The notes under the pieces were generated by a model that was not told where the DNA came from, ran no database searches, and worked only from the letters and a program-made list of their open reading frames with translations. Position numbers and translations under genes: made by a program. From Amphiscolops sp. MND2022 (taxonomy: Eukaryota): DNA of 64,000 bases. Within the stretch, counting starts at the first letter, position 1. Each line of letters begins with the position of its first letter. Where the stretch lies: assembly GCA_964187785.1 (NCBI GenBank), contig OZ076409.1, positions 72,480,001-72,544,000 of the forward strand, given 5' to 3'. Below are positions 1-10,917 of the stretch, piece after piece.

Positions 1-976
1 GGGGGACATAGTTTCAGTCACCCCCCGTTACCCCTTGTGACCGGAAATGACCGTTATGTGGGTAAAATTAGGATTTTTGTACTTTTTGAAGGGCATTTAG
101 GTGCGGAAGGAGTGGTAATAGGTGCTTGGACACTATATGATGGAATGGAGGACGTGAGGCGAACATTCAGACATAACCGTTATGTTGACCCTAAAGTCCC
201 CCTGGTACCGTAAACGACCGGAAATGGTCAAATTTTGTGTCTATTGGGTACAAATGTTTGGTATTTTGTAAATAAAAGTATCTATTAGGTGTTTCGACGG
301 TCTGCAGTAGTGAACATAGTCATGAAACCTTGTCGGGGGGTAACGGTATATAGCACCGGAAGTCCAAAACGTTAGAGACGGGATAGGTTTTTTCGTTTTA
401 AAATGTCTTTCGGCGTACTTTTGTCAACTAATATGGAATATTTTTTAAAATTAAAGTTTTTCCATATAGTTTCAGAGACTCCCAAACCTCAAACAACATA
501 ACCGTTACCTTATGATAGCCTTTCAAGTTGGCCTGGTGTCAACTTGGAAGGGCTATCCTTCAAAAATCGTTGATCAAGTGTGTTTTTGGGTATGTTTGAA
601 TCATTTTAGAATCAATTAGAGCTTCAAGAAATGTTTGCCAACTACAAAAACTATGTCGTGATGATTCCGTTATTAGAGTAATGGTTAACAAAATATTGAT
701 TAAGTTGATTTTTTACATTTCAAAAGTGTCCTAAAAGCCAGAAAACCTCTTTACCAAACAAATGGTATTGATTGGATTGTATATAACATGTAATAAAAGT
801 TCAAATTGATTATTACGTTTTATTATGTAAGCTGAAACGTCATATTATAGTTTAATTAACGTCAACGCCACATACTTTACACCAACGCCCACCGTCTGTG
901 GGCATGCCGAGGCATGCCCTTCGACGACGTATACCAAATACATTTCATATCTACACCCACCCGCGGTAGCAGCTAG
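1..976 (+). mobile_element. Family B unit, 3' half (runs off window start)
   Basis: Matches the 3' half of B units (e.g. 26900-27873); GATAGCC hairpin 514-557; tail ending CTAG at 976. Confidence 0.8.
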
Positions 977-2520
977 GTGGGCGGGGGTAATTCCCCAACA
1001 AAAATTACGGCCGGCGGGTTGGGTCCTGCCGGACGTTCAAATAGCGCGAAGCATCTAGTAGAAAACAAGGAGTCCTGAAACAGCGATTTTAAAATTGAAC
1101 CGTTAGAATTTGGTTTTAGATTGCATGCGGCCCTAAAATTCCCATACGAATGGAAGTTCCTGCTGGCGTTAAGCGATTGAAATAATATATAAAAAGTTAT
1201 GGCCCATTTTTGGGTCACCGAGAAGGTCAAAATGAAGAAAATTTTAACTAAGTTGCTGATAACTCAAAATGTGTTAATTTTTGGACTTTGACTGTGAAAC
1301 AAGCTTGGAACCTTCATTTCGTGGCTGTGGCATTGCACTGAACACAAAAGATGTAAAGTTTTTACATTTTTCGAAAATTCGACATTTTTGATTTTTTTTC
1401 ACTACTATCAGTACACTATATGTCAAAAACACCTCTGAAAAAAATTATTATTTGCTTAAAATTGGAAACCTTGGTATCCATGGTTTCTGTCGGAACCTAC
1501 TCGCTGCCAAACACCCAACAGTTTGCATCCAATGTGAATTTAAAATTTTTTTCGAGGTCATAAGGGTTTCACAATGTTTTCATAACTTAGTATTAAACTA
1601 CAAACTGGTCATTTTCAACATAATATCTTTGTCGAGGCATGTCGGATATAGTCCTATTGCTCACGAACGGTCCTACTGGCAACGTAATAACCATTTATAG
1701 AAATGTAAAGTTATAAAAAAATTTTTTCACCCGGTCTTCAGTCATTTTTCAGTCATTCGGAACTTAACTTAGAAAAATTTCGACCAAAATATCCATTTTT
1801 TGTCAGGTCGAAAAATCAAATTAAGATTTTTAAGCAAAATTATTAACTCTGACGTAACCCATCGGGCCCATGATACTCAAAACAATGATTGACACTGGTA
1901 TCAATGGCTCCAATAACATATGAGTCGCGATAAGACGTTATTTTGAGCATTACGTCTCAATTGAGGTAAAGATCTCGCAAGCCAGCGATCACTGTGAAAT
2001 GTGATTTCATCAAAAATTTACTCATTTTTGTCAATCACTATGTGCACAGAATGCGTAGGGTGCGTTTCAGCACTATAATGAGGTTTTTGAAGGCATCGAG
2101 TTGCTCAAGGGGTGGTATGAGACATTTTTGTCCCATATACTACTGTATTTTCCAAAATTTTTAGCCCAATATCTGGAAATACAAACTTGACAAAATACTT
2201 TCAACTACTTTATTCAAAGGTTACAATATAGATAAACACTGTGGTTGATCAGAAACTTTCATCTCTTTCGTTTTCCGAAATATTTCCCTTCGCATGTGTT
2301 ACATTCGTAGCAGAAAAAAAAATCGAAACTGAAAAATATGCAATTTTGCTAAGATAGAATCGCAATGATTGTGCCTAAAAACTCTTTAAACACTTCTAAC
2401 GCAACCTTACGCACCCAAAATGATCGAAAATGCTATTCACAATGGTGACATGTGCTCTTTCTACGATCCTGGGTGGACAAGGTTTGCATATTTTTCAAGT
2501 ACCTGTCAGCTAAATCTTGT

Positions 2521-2564
2521 GATAGCCTTTTCAGTTGGCCTTGTGTCAACTTGGGAAGGCTATC
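2521..2564 (+). other. Conserved internal bulged inverted repeat GATAGCCTT..AGTTG-GCCT(T/G)GTGT-CAACTTGG.AAGGCTATC (representative copy)
   Basis: One copy per A and B unit and in G and the complete E, e.g. 514-557, 58427-58470, 63166-63209. Confidence 0.85.
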
Positions 2565-2856
2565 ACATCAAAAAACCATCAACAAAAATAATTTTTGTTT
2601 ATTGGATCTTACAGTCGATACTTTTTTTCGTGATTCTATACTACCGTTAGTATATTTGATCAGGTCACCTTACCATTGCATTCAGTCTTTGATAAAAACC
2701 TATGAACTCAAAGTCACATTTATATATTTTTTTGCCAAAAAAAACATCAAAAATATCTAAAATATATAAAATAGAGTCTTTAACTTTTTTACGTTTCAAG
2801 TTTCTGCCGTTATTAAGCCAATCAACTTCCTACAGCCACGCTCTCTGTCATACTGT

Positions 2857-2964
2857 ACAACGCCACATAGTGTTGCGACGTGCACGGTCTGTGGGCATGC
2901 CGAGGCATGCCCTTCGACGACGTATGCCGAATACCGCGGGCCTACGCCCGCGCTCCCCGGCTAG
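2857..2964 (+). other. Conserved 3' terminal module (representative copy): CAACGCCACA, 20-bp palindrome, GC hairpin, CTAG
   Basis: Palindrome 2893-2912; hairpin CGCGGGC-CTAC-GCCCGCG 2935-2952, 12 nt before the end; module present at all 26 CTAG junctions. Confidence 0.85.
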
Positions 2965-4955
2965 GTGGGCGGGGGTAATTCCCCAACAAAAAAATCGGCC
3001 GGCGGGTTGGGTCCTGCCGGCCGTCCAAAATCAAAATCCTCCTAGTAGAAAACGGCATGTCAAACGAGCTATTTTTTTATTTAACCATACGAATTTCACC
3101 ATTTTTTGCATGCGGCCCTGAAATGGCCATACGAGACGAAGTTCCTGCTGACGTTTTGCGATGTAAATGTTTTATAAAAAGTTATGGCGGATTTGTCATT
3201 CACCTAGAAGGGTAAAATGAGGAAAATTTTAACAAAGTCGCTGATAACTCAAAATGTGTTAATTTTTGGACTTTGACTGTGAAACAAGCTTGGAACCTTC
3301 ATTTCGTGGCTGGGGCATTGGACTGAACACAAAAGATGTAAAGTTTTTACGTTTTTTGAAAATTCGACATTTTTGAAATTTTTTTCACTACTATCAGTAC
3401 CCCATATGTCAAAAACACCTCAGAAAAAAATTTTTATTTGCTTTAAATTGGAAACCTTGGTATCCATGGTTTCTGTCGGAACCTACTCGCAGCCAAACAC
3501 TCAACAGTTTGCATCCAATGTGAAAATAAAAATTTTTTCGGGGTCATAAGCTTTTCACAAGGATTTCTCAACTTAGTATTAATTTACAAAATGGTCAATT
3601 TGAACACATTATTTTCATCGAAGCGTGTCAGATACCGCGCTAATGCTCACGAACGGGCCTACTGGCAACGTTGGAACAATTTATCGTAATAGAAAGTTTA
3701 AAAAAAATTTTTCACCCGGTCTTCAGTCATTTTTCACACATTCGGAACTTAACTTAGAAAAATTTCAACCGAAAAACCCATTTTTTGTCAGGTCGAAAAT
3801 TCAAAGTCAGCTTTTTAAGCAAAATTATCAACTCTGACGTAACTCATGGGGCCCATGATACTCAAAACAACGATTGGGGTTGGTACCAATGGCTCCAATA
3901 ACATATGAGTCGCGATAAGACGTTATTTTGAGCAATATGTCTCAATTGAGTTAAAGATCTCGCCAACCAGTGATCACTGTGAAATGTAAATTCATTAAAA
4001 ATTTACTCATTTTCGTCAATCACCATGTGCACAGAGTGCGTAGGGTGAGTTCCAGCACTATAATGAGGTTTTTGAAGGCATCGGGTTGCTCAAGGGGTGG
4101 TATGAGACATTTTTTTCCTATATACTACTGTAGTTTCCAAAAGTTTTAGCCCATTATCTGGAAAAACTAACTTGACAAAATACTTTCAATAACTTTATTC
4201 AAAGGTTACAATGTAGATGAACCCAGTGGTTGATCAAAAAATTTCATCTCTTTCGGTTTCCGAAATAATTCCCTTCGAATGTGTTACATTTGTAGCAGGA
4301 AAAAAACCGAAACTAAAAAATACGCAATTTTGCTGAGATAGAATCGCAATGGTTGCCCCTAAAATCTCTATAAATACTTCTAACGCGACCTTATGGACCC
4401 AAAATGATTGAAAATGCCATTCACAATGCTGACATGTGCTCTTTCGACGATCCTGGCTAGACAAGTTTTGCATATTTTTCAAGTACCTGTTAACTGAATT
4501 TTGTGATAGCCTTTTAAGTTGGCCTTGTGTCAACTTGGGAAGGCTATCACATCAAAAAACTTTCATCAAAAATACTTTTTGTTTATACAATAATGTAGTC
4601 GATAGTTATTTTCGTGATTTTACACTACCGTTAGTACCTTCCGCCAGGTCAGCTGACGATTGCATGCTGTCTTTGATAAAAACGTATGAACACCAAGAAA
4701 ATTTTGTTGTATTTTTGTTGAAGAAAAGTAATAATAAATAATAAAAATATAATTCTAACCTTAAACAACTATAAATTTGCTTAACCGTTATTAGTCCTAC
4801 CACCTATCATCAGCCTATGCCATGGCCCGGTGATTAGTAGTACAACGCCACATAAAGTAGCGACGCCCACAGTCTGTGGGCATGCCGAGGCATGCCCTTC
4901 GACGACGTATGGCAATTTTAGCGTAGCCCGCGGTCACTACCGCGGTAGCAGCTAG
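2965..4955 (+). mobile_element. Family A unit (1991 bp)
   Basis: Same head and tail grammar; near-identical to the next unit. Confidence 0.8.
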
Positions 4956-6947
4956 GTGGGCGGGGGTAATTCCCCAACAAAAAAATCGGCCGGCGGGTCG
5001 GGTCCTGCCGGCCGTCCAAAATCAAAATCCTCCTAGTAGAAAACGGCATGTCAAACGAGCTATTTTTTTATTTAACCATACGAATTTCACCATTTTTTGC
5101 ATGCGGCCCTGAAATGGCCATACGAGACGAAGTTCCTGCTGACGTTTTGCGATGTAAATGTTTTATATAAAGTTATGGCCGATTTGTCATTCACCTAGAA
5201 GGGTAAAATGAGGAAAATTTTAACAAAGTCGCTGATAACTCAAAATGTGTTAATTTTTGGACTTTGACTGTGAAACAAGCTTGGAACCTTCATTTCGTGG
5301 CTGTGGCATTGCATTGAACACAAAAGATGTAAGGTTTTTACATTTTTTGAAAATTCGACATTTTTGAAAATTTTTTCACTACTATCAGTACCCCATATGT
5401 CAAAAACACCTCAGAAGAAAATTTTTATTTGCTTTAAATTGAAAACCTTGGTAGCCATGGTTTCTGTCGGAACATACTCGCTGCCAAACACCCAACAGTT
5501 TGCATCCAGTGTGAATTTAAAAATTTTTTCGAGGTCTTAGGTGTTTCACAAGGATTTCTCAACTTAGTATCAAATTACAAATTGGTCATTTTAAACACAT
5601 TATTTTCATCGAAGCGTGTCAGATACCGCCCTAATGCTCACGAACGGGCCTACTGGCAACGTTGGAACAATTTATCGTAATAGAAAGTTTTAAAAAAAAT
5701 TTTTCGCCCGGTCTTCAGTCATTTTTCACACATTCGGAACTTAACTTAGAAAAATTTCAACCGAAAAACCCATTTTTTGTCAGGTCGAAAATTCAAAGTC
5801 AGCTTTTTAAGCAAAATTATCAACTCTGACGTAACCAGTGGGGCCCATGATACTCAAAACAACGATTGGGGTTGGTACCAATGGCTCCAATAACATATGA
5901 GTCGCGATAAGACGTTATTTTGAGCAATATGTCTCAATTGAGTTAAAGATCTCGCCAACCAGTGATCACTGTGAAATGTAAATTCAATAAAAATTTACTC
6001 ATTTTCGTCAATCACCATGTGCACAGAGTGCGTAGGGTGAGTTCCAGCACTATAATGAGGTTTTTGAAGGCATCGGGTTGCTCAAGGGGTGGTATGAGAC
6101 ATTTTTTTCCTATATACTACTGTATTTTCCAAAAGTTTTAGCCCATTATCTGGAAAAACTAACTTGACAAAATACTTTCAACAACTTTTTTCAAAGGTTA
6201 CAATGTAGATGAACCCAGTGGTTGATCAAAAATTTTCATCTCTTTCGGTTTCCGAAATAATTCCCTTCGAATGTGTTACATTTGTAGCAGGAAAAAAACC
6301 GAAACTAAAAAATACGCGATTTTGCTGAGATAGAATCGCAATGGTTGCCCCTAAAATCTCTATAAATACTTCTAACGCGACCTTATGGACCCAAAATGAT
6401 TGAAAATGCCATTCACAATGCTGACATGTGCTCTTTCGACGATCCTGGCTAGACAAGTTTTGCATATTTTTCAAGTACCTGTTAACTGAATTTTGTGATA
6501 GCCTTTTAAGTTGGCCTTGTGTCAACTTGGGAAGGCTATCACATCAAAAAACTTTCATCAAAAATACTTTTTGTTTATACAATAATGTAGTCGATAGTTA
6601 TTTTCGTGATTTTACACTACCGTTAGTACCTTCCGCCAGGTCAGCTGACGATTGCATGCTGTCTTTGATAAAAACGTATGAACACCAAGAAAATTTTGTT
6701 GTATTTTTGTTGAAGAAAAGTAATAATAAATAATAAAAATATAATTCTAACCTTAAACAACTATAAATTTGCTTAACCGTTATTAGTCCTACCACCTATC
6801 ATCAGCCTATGCCATGGCCCGGTGATTAGTAGTACAACGCCACATAAAGTAGCGACGCCCACAGTCTGTGGGCATGCCGAGGCATGCCCTTCGACGACGT
6901 ATGGCAATTTTAGCGTAGCCCGCGGTCACTACCGCGGTAGCAGCTAG
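4956..6947 (+). mobile_element. Family A unit (1992 bp)
   Basis: Near-identical to 2965-4955. Confidence 0.8.
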
Positions 6948-8932
6948 GTGGGCGGGGGTAATTCCCCAACAAAAATTACGGCCGGCGGGTTGGGTCCTGC
7001 CGGACGTCAAATAGCAAAGAATATCTAGTAGGAAACGGCGACACAGAATCGCGATTTTTAAATCTAACCACAATTTTTTGGACTTGGAGTGCATGCGGCC
7101 CTGAAATTCGCATACGAATCGAAGTTCCTGCTGACATTAAGCGATTGAAATAATATATAAAAAGTTATGGCCCATTTTTCACTCACAAAGAAGGGTAAAA
7201 TGAGGAAATTTTTAACAAAGTCGCTGATAACTCAAAATGTGTTAATTTTTGGACATTGACTGTGAAACAAGCTCGGAACCTTCATTTCGTGGCTGTGGCA
7301 TTGCACTGAACACAAAAGATGTAAAGTTTTTACATTTTTTGAAAATTCGAAATTTTTGAAATTTTTTTCACTACTATCAGTACCCCATATGTCAAAAACG
7401 CCTCAGAAAAAATTTTTTATTTGCTTTAAATTGGAAACCTTGGTATCCATGGTTTCTGTCGGATCCTACTCGCAGTCAAACACCCAACAGTTTGCATCCA
7501 ACGTGGAAATAAAAATTTTTTCGGGGTCATAAGCGTTTCACAAGGATTTCTCAACTTAGTTTCAATTTACAAATTGGTCACATTGAACACATTATTTTCA
7601 TCGAAGCGCGTCAGATACCGCCCTAAAGCTCACGAACGGTCCTACTGGCAACGTAGCAACCATTTATAGTAATGTAAAAGATTAAAAAAATTTTTTCACC
7701 CGGTCTTCAGTCATTTTTCAGTCATTCGGAACTTAACTTAGAAAAATTTCGACCAAAATACCCATTTTTTGTCAGGTCGAAAAATCAAATTCAGATTTTT
7801 AAGCAAAATTATTAACTCTGACGTAACTCATGGGGCCCATGATACTCAAAACAACGATTGACACTGGTATCAATGGCTCCAATAACATATGAGTCGCGAT
7901 CGGACGTTATTTTGAGCAATACGTCTCAATTGAGGTAAAGATCTCGCAAGCCAGCGATCACTGTCAAATGTGATTTCATCAAAAATTTACTCATTTTTGT
8001 CAATCATTATGTGCACAGAATGCGTAGGGTGCGTTTCAGCACTATAATGAGATTTTTCAATGCATCGAGTTGCTCAAGGGGTGGTACGAGACATTTTTGT
8101 CCCATATACTACTGTATTTTCCAAAATTTTTAGCCCAATATCTGGAAATACAAACTTGACAAAATACTTTCAACTACTTTATTCAAAAGTTACAATATAG
8201 ATGAACACTGTGGTTGATCAGAAACTTTCATCTCTTTCGTTTTCCGAAAAATTTTCCTTCGCATGTGTTATATTTGTATCAGAAAAAAAATCGAAACTGA
8301 AAAATACGCTATTTTGCTAATATAGAATCGCAATGATTGTGCCTAAAAACTCTTTAAACACTTCTAACGCGACCTTACGCACCCAAAATGATCGAAAATG
8401 CTATTCACAATGGTGACATGTGCTCTTTCAACGATCCTGGCTGGACAAGGTTTGCATATTTTTCAAGTACCTGTCAGCTGAATCTTGTGATAGCCTTTTA
8501 AGTTGGCCTTGTGTCAACTTGGGAAGGCTATCACATCAAACAACCATCAACAAAAATAATTTTTGTTTATTGGATATTACAGTTGATACCTTATTTCGTG
8601 ATTCTATACTACCGTTAGTATATTCCATGAGGTCACCTTACGATTGCATTCAGACTTTGATGAAAACCTATGAACTCAAAGTCACATTTATATTTTTTTT
8701 GCCCAAAAAAATCATCAAAAACATCTAATATATATAAAATTGAGTCTTTAACTTTTTTAGGTTTCAAGTTTCTGCCGTTATTAGGCCAATCAACTTCCTA
8801 CAGCCACGCTCTCTGTCATACTGTACAACGCCACATAGTGTTGCGACGTGCACGGTCAGTGGGCATGCCGAGGCATGCCCTTCGACGACGTATGCCGAAT
8901 ACCGCGGGCCTACGCCCGCGCTCCCCGGCTAG
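6948..8932 (+). mobile_element. Family A unit (1985 bp)
   Basis: Head variant GTCAAATAGCAAAGAATATC; CTAG end. Confidence 0.8.
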
Positions 8933-10917
8933 GTGGGCGGGGGTAATTCCCCAACAAAAATTACGGCCGGCGGGTTGGGTCCTGCCGGACGTCAAATAGC
9001 AAAGAATATCTAGTAGGAAACGGCGACACAGAATCGCGATTTTTAAATCTAACCACAATTTTTTGGACTTGGAGTGCATGCGGCCCTGAAATGCCCATAC
9101 GAATCGAAGTTCCTGCTGACGTTAAGCGATTGAAATAATATATAAAAAGTTATGGCCCATTTTTCACTCACAAAGAAGGGCAAAATGAGGAAATTTTTAA
9201 CAAAGTCGCTGATAACTCAAAATGTGTTAATTTTTGGACATTGACTGTGAAACAAGCTTGGAACCTTCATTTCGTGGCTGTGGCATTGCACTGAACACAA
9301 AAGATGTAAAGTTTTTACATTTTTTGAAAATTCGACTTTTTTGAAATTTTTTTCACTACTATCAGTACCCCATATGTCAAAAACGCCTCAGAAAAAATTT
9401 TTTATTTGCTTTAAATTGGAAACATTGGTATCCATGGTTTCTGTCGGATCCTACTCGCAGTCAAACACCCAACAGTTTGCATCCAATGTGGAAATAAAAA
9501 TTTTTTCGGGGTCATAAGGGTTTCACAAGGATTTCTCAACTTAGTTTCAATTTACAAATTGGTCACATTGAACACATTATTTTCATCGAAGCGCGTCAGA
9601 TACCGCCCTAAAGCTCACGAACGGTCCTACTGGCAACGTAGCAACCATTTATAGTAATATAAAAGATTTAAAAAAATTTTTCACCCGGTCTTCAGTCATT
9701 TTTCAGTCATTCGGAACTTAACTTAGAAAAATTTCGACCAAAATACCCATTTTTTGTCAGGTCGAAAAATCAAATTCAGATTTTTAAGCAAAATTATTAA
9801 CTCTGACGTAACTCATGGGGCCCATGATACTCAAAACAACGATTGACACTGGTATCAATGGCTCCAATAACATATGAGTCGCGATCGGACGTTATTTTGA
9901 GCAATACGTCTCAATTGAGGTAAAGATCTCGCAAGCCAGCGATCACTGTCAAATGTGATTTCATCAAAAATTTACTCATTTTTGTCAATCATTATGTGCA
10001 CAGAATGCGTAGGGTGCGTTTCAGCACTATAATGAGATTTTTGAATGCATCGAGTTGCTCAAGGGGTGGTACGAGACATTTTTGTCCCATATACTACTGT
10101 ATTTTCCAAAATTTTTAGCCCAATATCTGGAAATACAAACTTGACAAAATACTTTCAACTACTTTATTCAAAGGTTACAATATAGATGAACACTGTGGTT
10201 GATCAGAAACTTTCATCTCTTTCGTTTTCCGAAATATTTTCCTTCGCATGTGTTATATTTGTATCAGAAAAAAATCGAAACTGAAAAATACGCTATTTTG
10301 GTAATATAGAATCGAAATGATTGTGCCTAAAAACTCTTTAAACACTTCTAACGCGACCTTACGCACCCAAAATGATCGAAAATGCTAATCACAATGGTGA
10401 CATGTGCTCTTTCAACGATCCTGGCTGGACAAGGTTTGCATATTTTTCAAGTACCTGTCAGCTGAATCTTGTGATAGCCTTTTAAGTTGGCCTTGTGTCA
10501 ACTTAGGAAGGCTATCACATCAAACAACCATCAACAAAAATAATTTTTGTTTATTGGATATTACAGTTGATACCTCATTTCGTGATTCTATACTACCGTT
10601 AGTATATTCCATGAGGTCACCTTACGATTGCATTCAGACTTTGATGAAAACCTATGAACTCAAAGTCACATTTATATATTTTTTGCCCAAAAAAAATCAT
10701 CAAAAACATCAAATATATATAAAATTGAGTCTTTAACTTTTTTACGTTTCAAGTTTCTGCCGTTATTAGGCCAATCAACTTCCTACAGCCACGCTCTCTG
10801 TCATACTGTACAACGCCACATAGTGTTGCGACGTGCACAGTCTGTGGGCATGCCGAGGCATGCCCTTCGACGACGTATGCCGAATACCGCGGGCCTACGC
10901 CCGCGCTCCCCGGCTAG
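8933..10917 (+). mobile_element. Family A unit (1985 bp)
   Basis: Near-identical to 6948-8932. Confidence 0.8.

Larger units (their letters stand above)
977..2964 (+). mobile_element. Family A unit (1988 bp)
   Basis: GTGGGCGGGGGTAATTCCCC head; GATAGCC hairpin 2521-2564; tail ending CTAG. Confidence 0.8.

Noticed and set aside
977..2964. TIR/MITE or LTR element interpretation
   Set aside because: The termini are neither inverted nor long direct repeats, and there is no TSD, poly-A tail or PBS/PPT.
2857..3020. Self-cleaving ribozyme at the junction
   Set aside because: No hammerhead CUGANGA/GAAA core or convincing HDV-like topology could be traced by eye on either strand; an Infernal search would be needed.
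4234..4533. Minus-strand ORF family TQGQL(E/K)RLSQ... also seen in G (58222-58491)
   Set aside because: The conserved peptide is the translation of the GATAGCC hairpin; it is interrupted in most units and preceded by in-frame stops.
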